Source: Nanobdellota archaeon
GTDB lineage: Archaea; Nanobdellota; Nanobdellia; Pacearchaeales; GW2011-AR1
Direction of reading: 5' to 3'
Assembly: GCA_030611805.1 (NCBI GenBank)
Contig: JAUWPB010000002.1
Coordinates: 7,690 to 71,689, forward strand
Length of the DNA: 64,000 nt
Shown: in pieces, positions 29,024 through 38,681 of the stretch
Numbering within the stretch: position 1 is the stretch's first letter
Layout: the number at the start of each line of letters is the position of its first letter
Position numbers and translations under genes: made by a program
The notes under the pieces: generated by a model
Database searches by the model: none
What the model saw: the letters and a program-made list of their open reading frames with translations, nothing else
Told to the model about the DNA's origin: nothing

Positions 29024-29500
29024 ATGAGAAAACAATTTGGAGAAACTTTATTTAAGCTGGCAAAAAAAGACCCTCTTATTTATTTGGTGGTGGGGGATAT
29101 AGGTTACGGGACATTTGACAAGTTTAAAGAAAAATTTCCAGATAGATTTTATAATATAGGTGTTTGTGAACAAAGCATGGTGGGAATAGCTGCAGGAATG
29201 GCTTTAGAAGGTCTCAAACCATGGGTTTATACTATAACACCATTTCTTATTGAAAGAGCGTTTGAGCAAATAAAAATTGATGTTGATGCCATGAAAACAA
29301 ATGTAAAACTAATTGGTTATGCTGATTACCCTCAACATGGTTTAACACATGCAGAATTAGATGCAAAAAATCTTATGGGTTTATTAAAAAATATTAGGTG
29401 CTATTTTCCAAAAAATTCAGAGGAAACTAATCAGGTCGTAAATGATTCTTATAATTTTGTGGGTCCAAATTTTATAAGTTTAAAGAAAAATTCATTGTAA
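29024..29500 (+). CDS. transketolase C-terminal-subunit homolog, pyrimidine-binding domain only (short)
   Basis: 'VGDIGYG', 'FYNIGVCEQSMVGIAAGMALEG', 'TITPFL..RAFEQI'. At 158 aa it lacks the usual C-terminal domain of ~300-aa subunits. Confidence 0.7.
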   Translation: MRKQFGETLFKLAKKDPLIYLVVGDIGYGTFDKFKEKFPDRFYNIGVCEQSMVGIAAGMALEGLKPWVYTITPFLIERAFEQIKIDVDAMKTNVKLIGYADYPQHGLTHAELDAKNLMGLLKNIRCYFPKNSEETNQVVNDSYNFVGPNFISLKKNSL

Positions 29501-29536
29501 CAACCTTTTAAAAGCCATAAATACTAAGTTAAGAAA

Positions 29537-30499
29537 ATGAACAAAATTATAAAAAATAAAAAGATAATTGCATGGGGTGTTGGCAATGCTTTTATCAATT
29601 TTGTAAGAAAATATACTTCTGTAAAAATTGAATATGCTGTGGATGATTTTACATATAATTGTGAAGTCGCCGGTACAAAAGTATATCGTCCAGAGAAATT
29701 ACTTCAGGAGAATAAAGAAGAAGTTTTTGTATTAATTTTTACTCTTTCATCTAATATTTATCAAACCATCTCCAAAAAATTACAAGAGAGAGGTTTTATT
29801 ATTAACAAACATTTTTCAGATTATTCTTTTATAATAAAAGATCAATTTGCTTCTGAAATGCGTCAATATGGAATTGAATTAAAGGATGAATGGTATTCGG
29901 TAGTTAAAAGCTTATTTTCTAATTTAACTATCCCAAATCATTCTTCTTTGTTAGGTACTTGGCTTATATATGGACTTCTTTTTAAAAGTAAAAATATTTC
30001 GGGGGATATTGTTGAATTGGGTGTTTACAAAGGGGGGAATGCGTTTTGTTCTGCCTTGTTTATAAATCTTATGGGAGATAAAAGAAAACAAATTTTAGTG
30101 GATAGTTTTGAGGGTTTTGGAAAGTTATCTGAACATGATCCTGTAGAACATAAAAATTTATTCAAAGATGTTTCTTATGAAGAAGTATCTAACTATTTTT
30201 CTGATTTTAATAATACACAAATTCTTAAAGGGCATATACCAAAAATATTGAATTCACTTCACAATAAAAATTATTCTTTTGTTTATTATGACTGTGATCT
30301 TTATGAGCCAACATTAGATTCATTAAATTATTTTTTTCCAAAAATATCTGAGGGGGGTTTTTTTTTAATTGATGATTATTGTGTTACAAAAGATTTTTTG
30401 GGTGTTCAAAAAGCAGTCAAACAATTTTGTAAGGAGCATAAACTTGATATAATAGAAATCCCTGAAACAACTCAAGGTCTCATCATAAAAAAGAAGTAA
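29537..30499 (+). CDS. TylF/MycF-like SAM-dependent (O-)methyltransferase with extra N-terminal Rossmann-like domain
   Basis: 'GDIVELGVYKGGNA' and 'YYDCDLYEPTLDSLNYFFPKISEGGFFLIDDY', as in the macrocin-O-methyltransferase family. Confidence 0.7.
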   Translation: MNKIIKNKKIIAWGVGNAFINFVRKYTSVKIEYAVDDFTYNCEVAGTKVYRPEKLLQENKEEVFVLIFTLSSNIYQTISKKLQERGFIINKHFSDYSFIIKDQFASEMRQYGIELKDEWYSVVKSLFSNLTIPNHSSLLGTWLIYGLLFKSKNISGDIVELGVYKGGNAFCSALFINLMGDKRKQILVDSFEGFGKLSEHDPVEHKNLFKDVSYEEVSNYFSDFNNTQILKGHIPKILNSLHNKNYSFVYYDCDLYEPTLDSLNYFFPKISEGGFFLIDDYCVTKDFLGVQKAVKQFCKEHKLDIIEIPETTQGLIIKKK

Positions 30500-30511
30500 T
30501 TTCAAAATAAA

Positions 30512-31516
30512 ATGTACTCAGAAAAACCAAAATTATATGCACGAGAAAAGTTGTATAATAAATTAGAGCTTAAATCCATCAGCCTTGATGTTACATCAAG
30601 ATGCAATATGGAGTGTTCTCATTGTTATGCTAAAACATTTGCAAAGGTTGAACCAATTGGACTTGACATATTAAAGAAAGCTTTGGATGAATTATATGAA
30701 ATGGGGGTTTTCCATTATATTTTACAAGGAGGGGAAGCAATTACAGACCCAGAGAGATTAGAAGCAATAATTAATATGATTTACCCAGATGAAACATATA
30801 TTAATATTTCATCTAATGGTTGGGATATGACTTATGATAAAATACTCTGGTTAAAAAAATTAAAAGTGGATAAGATTTCTTTTAGCCTTGATTCTGGCAT
30901 TGAAAAAGAACATGATACAAATAGATTATCAGGCTCATTTAGAAGAACACTTAAAGCTATTGATAATGTTATAAAAGAAGGTTTAGATGTCTCATTTCAA
31001 ACCACTATTACACATGATTCTTTAAAGTCTGATGGTTTTAAAAAAGCTTATGAGTTTGCAAGGAAAAAGGGGATTAGAATGGAGGCCCAAATAGCTGAAC
31101 CTGTTGGAGCGTGGGATGGAAGAAAAGATTTATTAATTACTTCGGAAGATGCAAGGTTCATAAAAGAATTGTGTTTGAATTCTCCCAAAACAAGAGATGG
31201 AAGAGAAATGGTGAAAAGGGATTTATACAGGGGCGATGAAGATTATTGTCCTGCTGGCAAGGAATTTATGGCAATAGCATCAAATGGAGAATTTCTTCCT
31301 TGTAATTTTCTGCAGTTTAGTTTAGGAAATATAAAAAATAAATCAATAAAGGAAATGAGGGATGCACTATTGACAAATAAGTGGTTTAATAAAAAATACG
31401 CTCATTGTCTTGTTGGAGAAAATGAAGAATTTATTAATAGCCATGTAATGCCTTATGTAAGGGAACAAAAACCCCTTAATGCAAACAAAATATTTAAATT
31501 GGAGGAAAAAGAATGA
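30512..31516 (+). CDS. radical SAM enzyme
   Basis: 'DVTSRCNMECSHCYA', 'ILQGGEAITDP'. C-terminal 'CPAGKEF..NGEFLPCNF' (partial SPASM/twitch-like). Confidence 0.7.
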   Translation: MYSEKPKLYAREKLYNKLELKSISLDVTSRCNMECSHCYAKTFAKVEPIGLDILKKALDELYEMGVFHYILQGGEAITDPERLEAIINMIYPDETYINISSNGWDMTYDKILWLKKLKVDKISFSLDSGIEKEHDTNRLSGSFRRTLKAIDNVIKEGLDVSFQTTITHDSLKSDGFKKAYEFARKKGIRMEAQIAEPVGAWDGRKDLLITSEDARFIKELCLNSPKTRDGREMVKRDLYRGDEDYCPAGKEFMAIASNGEFLPCNFLQFSLGNIKNKSIKEMRDALLTNKWFNKKYAHCLVGENEEFINSHVMPYVREQKPLNANKIFKLEEKE

Positions 31517-32277
31517 AAAAAGAATTTGATGGTTTTAAAAAAACAGGTATTGATAATCAAATTGAGAGTAAGATAGAAAAACATTGTAAAAACTATAATA
31601 TTAATCCTTTGAATGCTATAAAACTATTTCCTGTACTTGCACGTCGTCAACTACTTAAAAGATTTCTTGCACATACAGAATTATTTAAAAGAACATTAGA
31701 TATTCCAGGGGATATTGTGGAATTAGGTGTTTTTAGGGGAGGGGACTTGATGACTTGGGCAAATTTACTAGAAGTATATAGTATTGGGAATCGCACTAAA
31801 ATTGTATATGGATTTGATAATTGGGAGGGATTTACTAAATTATCTCCTGAAGATGGCAAAGTTGATAATTCTGTCCAAAAAAAGGTTGGAGGTTATTCTC
31901 CAGCAAATTATTTTGAAGAATTAAAATCAGCCATTAAAATTTATGATGAAGATAGATTTATTCCTTGGAAAGATCGTGTGAAATTAATTAAAGGAAATAT
32001 TGAAGAAACTGCACATACATTTATTAAAGAAAATCCTGGAGTAAGATTCTCATTAGTTCATTGTGATTGTGATTTATATGAACCAACAAAAGCCGCATTA
32101 GAATGTTTTTGGCCACATTTATCTCGTGGAGGGATTATGTTATTTGATGAATATGCACTACATGAGTGGTCAGGGGAAACAAAGGCTGTTGATGAATATT
32201 TTGCAGATAAACCAAATATAAAGATTAAAACTCTAACTTGGACTAATGCTCCTGCAGCTTATATTATAAAAGAATAA
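31513..32277 (+). CDS. TylF/MycF-like SAM-dependent methyltransferase
   Basis: 'GDIVELGVFRGGD' and 'HCDCDLYEPTKAALECFWPHLSRGGIMLFDEY'. ATGA overlap with the upstream stop. Confidence 0.75.
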   Translation: MKKEFDGFKKTGIDNQIESKIEKHCKNYNINPLNAIKLFPVLARRQLLKRFLAHTELFKRTLDIPGDIVELGVFRGGDLMTWANLLEVYSIGNRTKIVYGFDNWEGFTKLSPEDGKVDNSVQKKVGGYSPANYFEELKSAIKIYDEDRFIPWKDRVKLIKGNIEETAHTFIKENPGVRFSLVHCDCDLYEPTKAALECFWPHLSRGGIMLFDEYALHEWSGETKAVDEYFADKPNIKIKTLTWTNAPAAYIIKE

Positions 32278-32364
32278 AAGATTTAAAATGAATGGCTCTT
32301 TTAAATGGAAAGGTATCAAAATAAAAAATGTTAAAACTAACAAACCTCAGGTTAAGGAGAAGTA

Positions 32365-32760
32365 ATGAAAAAAGCATCAAAAATTATTTTAATTAATCCT
32401 AAAAAAGAAATTTTATTGTATTTAAGAGATAATAAACCGACAATATCACACCCTGATTATTGGGATTTTATTGGGGGAGAGGGGGAAAAAGGAGAAACTT
32501 CTTTACAAACGATTCAAAGAGAAATAAAAGAAGAGATAAATTCTAGAGTCAGCGAAATTAAAATTTTGAATAGTGAAATATATAACCCTTTAAATACAAA
32601 TGTAACTTTTTTCAAAGGGAAAATTAATGAAAATATAGAAAACATTAATTTAACAGAAGGGCAAAAATTAGGATTTTTTAAATTATTAAATTTACCTTCA
32701 AAATTCCCTTTCTTTTATAGAGATTTTATTCATAAAAATAAACATAAGATCTTTGATTAA
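32365..32760 (+). CDS. Nudix hydrolase
   Basis: Nudix box 'GGEGEKGETSLQTIQREIKEEI' (GX5EX7REUXEE). Confidence 0.7.
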   Translation: MKKASKIILINPKKEILLYLRDNKPTISHPDYWDFIGGEGEKGETSLQTIQREIKEEINSRVSEIKILNSEIYNPLNTNVTFFKGKINENIENINLTEGQKLGFFKLLNLPSKFPFFYRDFIHKNKHKIFD

Positions 32761-32814
32761 AATATATTTTTTTGTATAGCAATTATTTTAAACTGAATAT
32801 TTATCATACTTTCT

Positions 32815-33702
32815 ATGGGCAAAGAGATAAAAATCCCAGACACATATAAGTACATATCTGCATTTTTAACAATGAGATGTAATCTTAATTGCAGTTTTTG
32901 TTTAAATGCTTTTGATAAAAATTTTAACAGAAAAAGTTTTGAAGAAATTTCTGGGGAGCAATGGGTTGAAGCATTAAATAAAATAGAATCAAGGTCTGAT
33001 GTCCCAATTACTCTCACTGGAGGAGAGCCTTCATTACATAAAGATTTTATTTATATTATAAATAATCTAAAACCAGAACTCAATATAGACTTCTTAACAA
33101 ATCTTTCTTGGGGGAAAAAAGGTTTGGAGAAGTTTATTTTAAAAGTTGATCCGAATAGAATTAAAAGAGATGCGCCTTATGCTTCTATCCGTGTTTCTTA
33201 CCATCCAGAACAGATGGGGAATGGAATCAAACTTGCTGAAAATGCGAAAAAATTGCAGGATGCAGGTTTTAGTATTGGAATATGGTCTGTCTTATATCCA
33301 AGTCAACAACAATTGTCTGCAATTAACCAGATGCAATTTGTATGCAAGGACGCGAAAATTGATTTCAGAATTAAAGAATTTACAGGAGAATATAAAGGAG
33401 AGATATATGGAAATTATTCTAAATTTCCTGGCTCGGCCTTTAATTCTAAAGAGACCTTACAAGGGATGTGTAAAACAACAGAACTATTAATGGGCCCATG
33501 TGGTGATGTTTATAGATGTCATAGGGATGCGTTTGCAGGAGAGAATCCTGTTGGAAACATAACTTCTCCATACTTTAAAATCAAAGATATTTTTAGACCT
33601 TGTGATAAATACGGACAGTGCCATCCATGTGATGTTAAAGTCAAAACAAATTATAAACAAGAATTAGGACATACAAGTGTTGAAATAAAAAATGTTAAAT
33701 AA
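32815..33702 (+). CDS. radical SAM enzyme
   Basis: 'LTMRCNLNCSFCLN', 'TLTGGEPSLH'. Cys-rich C-terminus 'CGDVYRCH..CDKYGQCHPCD'. Confidence 0.7.
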   Translation: MGKEIKIPDTYKYISAFLTMRCNLNCSFCLNAFDKNFNRKSFEEISGEQWVEALNKIESRSDVPITLTGGEPSLHKDFIYIINNLKPELNIDFLTNLSWGKKGLEKFILKVDPNRIKRDAPYASIRVSYHPEQMGNGIKLAENAKKLQDAGFSIGIWSVLYPSQQQLSAINQMQFVCKDAKIDFRIKEFTGEYKGEIYGNYSKFPGSAFNSKETLQGMCKTTELLMGPCGDVYRCHRDAFAGENPVGNITSPYFKIKDIFRPCDKYGQCHPCDVKVKTNYKQELGHTSVEIKNVK

Positions 33703-34849
33703 AAAACAAATTGTTTTTGTAGAATCTTTTTTTAATGTGCCCACTTTTAACATGGCCTATGCACTAAAAAAAACAAAAAAATATGAAACTGTTTTAATTT
33801 TACTTGCTAAACATGATAAAAAAATATTTGAAAAAGCTTTTGATAAAATCTTTATTTTTGATTTAAAATTTAATCTTACTCCAAAAGGATTGATTAATTT
33901 TTTTAAAAAAATAAAAAGTAAAGAAGGAAAAAAATTTCTTGCAAAAATAAAAAAAATTAATCCTCATGTTTTCCAGATAACTGGTCCTGACTTAGTTACT
34001 TTATGGTTCATGCATTTTTTAAAGAAGAAAGTAAAAGTATACTATGCTTATGATATATGGAAGTTTTATGACAAAAAATTCTCCTTTAAAAAAAATTCAG
34101 GAATAATGCAATTTTTTCATAAATATACTGAAAGAATTTGCTTTAAAATGGCAGACGGAATTTTGCATAAATGTTCTCCAAAAATGATTAATTTATTAAA
34201 ATTAAAGAGTAAAACCCCAGAACTATCTTTTTTACCATGTTGTTTGGATGAATGGAATTATTCTATAAAAGAAAAGCGAAAAAATAAAGAATTGCATATA
34301 GTCTATGCTGGGAGATTTTGGGATAAATGGAAAGGTCATATTTCTTTTCCTAAAATAATTAAAGATATAATTTCCCAAAAAATTCATTTTCATATCTATG
34401 ATTTATTGACAAAAGAATTTAAAGAAAATCTTAAAAATATAAATAAAAAATATTTACATTTGCATAAATTAGTATCTATAGATAAATTAAATAAGGAAAT
34501 TTCAAAATATGATTATGGGTATTGTATGGATTTCACAGATGATTCAATAGTAAATCCCTTATGGAGGAAAGCGGGCATAGCAAATAAATTATTTAGTTAT
34601 ATTGGGGCAGGACTACCGACTATAGCGAATGAACAACTAGAATATATAGCTAAAATAGTTCGGGATAATAATATTGGAATTACAATAAAAGATTTTAAAG
34701 ACCTAAAAAACCTAAGAAAAATTCTTGAAAAACAAAATTATGGGCAATTACAAAAAAATGTCAGAAAAGCCCAGGAGAAATTTAAATTGAGCAAGAATAT
34801 AGAAAAATTAGAAAGATTTTATGAGAAAGTTGTTGAGATGAAAAGGTGA
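33692..34849 (+). CDS. putative GT-B glycosyltransferase (GT4/GT1-like)
   Basis: Two-lobed size. 'LHIVYAGRF' starts the C-lobe and 'NKLFSYIGAGLPTIANE' follows. Motifs are weaker than in the other GT4 genes. Confidence 0.45.
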   Translation: MLNKKQIVFVESFFNVPTFNMAYALKKTKKYETVLILLAKHDKKIFEKAFDKIFIFDLKFNLTPKGLINFFKKIKSKEGKKFLAKIKKINPHVFQITGPDLVTLWFMHFLKKKVKVYYAYDIWKFYDKKFSFKKNSGIMQFFHKYTERICFKMADGILHKCSPKMINLLKLKSKTPELSFLPCCLDEWNYSIKEKRKNKELHIVYAGRFWDKWKGHISFPKIIKDIISQKIHFHIYDLLTKEFKENLKNINKKYLHLHKLVSIDKLNKEISKYDYGYCMDFTDDSIVNPLWRKAGIANKLFSYIGAGLPTIANEQLEYIAKIVRDNNIGITIKDFKDLKNLRKILEKQNYGQLQKNVRKAQEKFKLSKNIEKLERFYEKVVEMKR

Positions 34850-35105
34850 GTATAATAAAACTTGGTTTTTCTTGGATTATTTTTTTAAAAAGTAATTCTT
34901 TGATATTTTTTGGTCCATAATCCAATCTTTTTTTCTTTAAATCAAAAAAGATTGTTTTTTTAAATGATTTTCCGATTGGGAGACACCAATTTTGATATCC
35001 ATCGCCATCTTTATTTTCACAGTCCCAAAAACAAAACATAATTTTCTTATTTTTAAGTTTCTTCTCTAATTCTTTTAAATTAAGATCTTTAGATTCTTTA
35101 TTCAT
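34782..35105 (-). pseudogene. possible N-terminal remnant of a CgeB-like/GT-B protein
   Basis: 'KIMFCFWDCENKDGDGYQNWCLPIGKSF..FFDLKKK..DYGP..' resembles only the first ~85 aa of GT-B proteins. The last ~22 codons run antisense into the 3' end of 33692-34849. Confidence 0.25.
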
Positions 35106-35197
35106 TTTAAATGTTAATTATTTTGCATATTAAAAAAACTTTTTAATTTTATCTATAGTCAAACATCATCTTTTAAAAGCATCATAAAATTTAAAAA

Positions 35198-35704
35198 TTA
35201 TTTTACCACTTTTAACTCTACATCAATCTTTGAAAGAAAACCATTTATAAATAAAGATAATTTTTCTCTGACATATTTAGGAAAAAATTTACCCGCAATA
35301 GTTGGGGTTATTTTTAATTTAATTATTTCGAATTCCTTTTTTAAATTTATTTTATTTACTTGCTTTTCTAAATGTATAAAACAATCTTCATTAAAAAAAC
35401 GTTTATGTTCCAAGCTAGAGTAAGCTCCTTTATTTGTATAGTGGGGAACAACTATTCTTATAATTCCGTTATCTTTTGCAATTCGCCATAATTCTTGAAC
35501 TACTTTATCTGGTTCTTTTAAATGTTCCAAAACATTATCTGTATAAATATAATCATAAGTATTATCTTTAATAGGATATGGAAATATATTAAAATCAAAA
35601 CTCTTTGTAACCTTCTTATCTTTTTGTATATCTACATTATCCCATCCTTCTCTTATATCATCCCCACATCCTAAATTGAGTTTTTTAATTTTCTTTTTTA
35701 CCAT
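35198..35704 (-). CDS. class I SAM-dependent methyltransferase (type 11-like, short)
   Basis: 'LNLGCGDD', 'TDNVLEHLKEP', 'IVVPHY'. Paralog of 22878-23360. Confidence 0.7.
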   Translation of the reverse strand: MVKKKIKKLNLGCGDDIREGWDNVDIQKDKKVTKSFDFNIFPYPIKDNTYDYIYTDNVLEHLKEPDKVVQELWRIAKDNGIIRIVVPHYTNKGAYSSLEHKRFFNEDCFIHLEKQVNKINLKKEFEIIKLKITPTIAGKFFPKYVREKLSLFINGFLSKIDVELKVVK

Positions 35705-35763
35705 TTTGTTTGTACTAGATTATATCTCCTATCTTGAATTAATCTTAAAGATATTTATAAAGA

Positions 35764-37320
35764 TTATTGTGGATAAATTTTCCTCTTGATACTTCTTAAA
35801 ATCATAAAATCATTTTTATCAAGACATTTAGTAAGAAATATTAAAAGGGTGTAAGATGTAATAAATAAAAAAGTTAATAATATTATACTTATTATGTTAA
35901 TAATGACTAATTCTCTGGCACAAATTAATAACAGCAAAGGGATAATTGAAATTGCTCCTATCTTAATCATCTTTCTTCTTAGGGGAATAAAAGAAAAATA
36001 ATGTTTTGTTTGGAATGCAAAGAGAATATTAAGAGAAATATATGAAATCATTGTTGCTATTGCTGCCCCATTTATTCCAAGACTATTTTCTATAAAAAAG
36101 ATTTGTTTCATAGGAATCAAAAGATAATTTAAAATTATATTCACAAGGGCTATAAAAAACAAGTCTTTTAAGAGGAGTCTTGATTTTCCTGCCACCAAAA
36201 TTAATTTAGAAGAGATTATAAATATTGAAGAAACGAATGCTCCTATTGCAAGGATTCGCAATGAATTTTCAGCAGCCAAATAATTCCCTCCAAATAAAAT
36301 GTTTATAAAAACTCCTGGAAACAAAATTAAAAATATAAAAATAGGGAGGTTAATCATAAATATCCATTTTACAATTTGCTTGCTTGTTTCCTGGATAGTT
36401 TTAAAATTTTTTGCTGAATATTGTTTAATAATCAACGGGAAAAATAAAGTTATAAACAATGAAGGGGCAATTAATAGAAGGAGTGCTATTGGAACGGCAG
36501 CATTATACAAACCAACTTCAAATACACTTTTTAAATATCCTATAAAAAAAGAATCTGTCCAGTAAAAAATATTCCCAATTAGCCCTACAAACATAATTGG
36601 CCAGGAATATGAAAGAATTTTATTTTTTATTTTAACTGCTTCTTGTTCTTTTAATTTATATTTCTTAAAAATCTCTGGAAAACCATATTTACACAATAAA
36701 AAAGATGTTATTAAAACAATTAAAAATCCTAAAACATAAGAAAAAATAATTGCACTAGTTTTAAATCCCAAAACAAGAAGAAAAATAAGAGATATTACCT
36801 TAATAGCATTTAACAAAATATTATCTATAAAAGAGTACCAGGAAATCTTTTCAAATGCTCTTATGACTGAAAGGAAAATATTTGAAATGACATATAGAGG
36901 GATAACAAAACTAAAAATCTTGAGGAAAATTATTAAATCTGTATTATGAAAAAAGTTTATTGAAATAAACTCTGAAAAAAAGAAGAGGATAATTCCGGAA
37001 ATCATGCTTAAGAAAAATGAAATTGTTAAGGAAAATTTAAACAGATATCTTATTTTTTGTCTTTCTTTTTTTCCCCGATAAAGAGAGATATATCTTAAAA
37101 GTCCTTCTGACAAACCCAAGGAAGAAAAAGCTACAAAAAAACCCAAAATCATTATTGCCAAAGAAAATAAACCATATACTTCCGGACCAAAATTCCTTGC
37201 AATTATTATTCTATAAACATAGTTAAAAATCTTAGCAAAAAAAATCCCTGCAAAAACAATAATGGAAGATTTGGCTAATAGTTTCAAATCTTTATCAATT
37301 TCTTTTTGTTCGTTTTTCAT
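35764..37320 (-). CDS. Wzx/RfbX-type oligosaccharide flippase (MOP superfamily)
   Basis: About 14 hydrophobic segments. N-terminus 'LLAKSSIIVFAGIFFAKIFNYVYRIIIARNFGPEVYGLFSLA' is typical of polysaccharide-biosynthesis flippases. Confidence 0.75.
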   Translation of the reverse strand: MKNEQKEIDKDLKLLAKSSIIVFAGIFFAKIFNYVYRIIIARNFGPEVYGLFSLAIMILGFFVAFSSLGLSEGLLRYISLYRGKKERQKIRYLFKFSLTISFFLSMISGIILFFFSEFISINFFHNTDLIIFLKIFSFVIPLYVISNIFLSVIRAFEKISWYSFIDNILLNAIKVISLIFLLVLGFKTSAIIFSYVLGFLIVLITSFLLCKYGFPEIFKKYKLKEQEAVKIKNKILSYSWPIMFVGLIGNIFYWTDSFFIGYLKSVFEVGLYNAAVPIALLLLIAPSLFITLFFPLIIKQYSAKNFKTIQETSKQIVKWIFMINLPIFIFLILFPGVFINILFGGNYLAAENSLRILAIGAFVSSIFIISSKLILVAGKSRLLLKDLFFIALVNIILNYLLIPMKQIFFIENSLGINGAAIATMISYISLNILFAFQTKHYFSFIPLRRKMIKIGAISIIPLLLLICARELVIINIISIILLTFLFITSYTLLIFLTKCLDKNDFMILRSIKRKIYPQ

Positions 37321-37369
37321 CTAAATAATAAAAATAAAGGGCTTTTAAACTTTCATTAAGTGTCCTCTA

Positions 37370-37426
37370 TTCACTCAAAAACCTTCAACTTCTTAAACTT
37401 TATAAAATCATATATCAGAGAAAATT
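37370..37426. repeat. 57-bp direct repeat, copy A
   Basis: TTCACTCAAAAACCTTCAACTTCTTAAACTTTATAAAATCATATATCAGAGAAAATT is identical to 38682-38738. The flanking bases differ on both sides. Confidence 0.95.
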
Positions 37427-37496
37427 AAAAATATTCACTTAAAAGATTTCTAATACTAAAAATAAAAAAAACATTTTTAATTATATAGGAAGGTCA

Positions 37497-38243
37497 TTAT
37501 TTTTGTTTAATATTAAGAGGGGTCTTCCAAACCACAAGATTAAGTTTGACAAATTTCTTTGCAATTGATTTTGGAATAAAGATTTTTAAAAATGATTTAA
37601 GTTTTGGGCGGAAAATAACAAAATTATGTAAATTATTTAAAATTTTAGATTTTGGTTTATAACTTTTCCCACGAAGAGGAAAATCTTCTTTGCCATCATA
37701 TTTACATTTTAAAAATTTAAGGACTCTTTGATAAACTTTTTTTGTATTTTTTGTAAAATCTTTAAAGTCTATTAATAAAATCTGATTAGACGGAAAAACT
37801 TTCTTAAATCTATCAATATTAATTTTATGATTATATATCTCCCAATAAAGCACATCATCCCGTATATCTCCCCTTAGAAGAAGGGTTTTAAAAAGAGAAA
37901 GAAGCCCTTCATTAGGGTCTCTTACCATGATGATTATTTTTGCTTTTGGATTAAATTTATATAATTTTTTAGGAGCATTTGGAGAAGAGATATACCATGG
38001 AGTAGATTCCCCAATTATTCTTTCATTTTTTACATCTTTAAATAATTTTTGATACTCTTTCAATGTTTTTACAACTTGTGTTGATTTAAAATCTGAAAAA
38101 AATCCTGGTTCTTTTAATTCAGACATAAAAATTTCTAGATGTTCCCCCAAATAATTATGTAAACTTGTTGTTCCTGACCTTTGGGGCCCCACAATAAATA
38201 AATTTGGTTTTTTCATTTTTAATACTTTAAAAGATTTTTTCAT
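37497..38243 (-). CDS. PAPS-dependent sulfotransferase
   Basis: 5'-PSB-like 'FIVGPQRSGTTSL' and 'IIIMVRDP' (3'-PB region). Confidence 0.75.
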   Translation of the reverse strand: MKKSFKVLKMKKPNLFIVGPQRSGTTSLHNYLGEHLEIFMSELKEPGFFSDFKSTQVVKTLKEYQKLFKDVKNERIIGESTPWYISSPNAPKKLYKFNPKAKIIIMVRDPNEGLLSLFKTLLLRGDIRDDVLYWEIYNHKINIDRFKKVFPSNQILLIDFKDFTKNTKKVYQRVLKFLKCKYDGKEDFPLRGKSYKPKSKILNNLHNFVIFRPKLKSFLKIFIPKSIAKKFVKLNLVVWKTPLNIKQK

Positions 38244-38246
38244 CTT

Positions 38247-38681
38247 TTAAATGTTCTCCTTGTTTAAAAAGATTTTTATTAATTCTACGCTTTTATCCAA
38301 AGATATTGTGTCATTGTCAACCATTAAAGAATAATTTTTTGGTTCTTCATAAAAATGCCCTTCTCTTTTCTCCAATGTTTTTTTAAGATATATCCATTTT
38401 GGATTACAAATTTTATCTACTTCATTTCTAATTTCCACCGTAGGAGCAATAACAGAAACAATTACATTTGTCTGTTTTGACAAGATTTTTGCTAATCTTG
38501 CTACTCGCAAATTGTGCTCCATTCTATCTTGTCTTGAAAAGCCTGTATTCAAAGAAATACTTTCCCTCATTTCATCTCCATCTAAAACAACGGCATTAAA
38601 CTCTTTTCTTAAACCATACGCTAAAGATGTTTTTCCTGATTCACTCTGCCCAGTTAACCAAATTATTTTATTTTTTTCCAT
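38247..38681 (-). CDS. cysC: adenylyl-sulfate (APS) kinase, short form
   Basis: 'IIWLTGQSESGKTSLA', 'VLDGDEMRE', 'GFSRQDRMEHNLRVARLAKIL'. The ATG at 38681 directly abuts repeat copy B; the track start at 38690 is TTG. Confidence 0.8.
   Translation of the reverse strand: MEKNKIIWLTGQSESGKTSLAYGLRKEFNAVVLDGDEMRESISLNTGFSRQDRMEHNLRVARLAKILSKQTNVIVSVIAPTVEIRNEVDKICNPKWIYLKKTLEKREGHFYEEPKNYSLMVDNDTISLDKSVELIKIFLNKENI

Noticed and set aside
32288-32365. 25-codon Lys-rich ORF (MNGSFKWKGIKIKNVKTNKPQVKEK) with a TAATG junction to the Nudix gene. I considered it as a RiPP precursor for the many rSAM/SPASM enzymes.
   Set aside because: It has no Cys/Ser/Thr-rich core and no leader-like features. The locus is dominated by glycosyltransferases, a flippase and sugar-nucleotide enzymes, so a glycan pathway is the simpler reading. 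It may still be a real micro-protein, but that cannot be supported from sequence alone.
33146-33490. 114-aa same-strand ORF inside the rSAM gene 32815-33702.
   Set aside because: It is an alternative frame of a gene with clear rSAM motifs, and it has no motif of its own.
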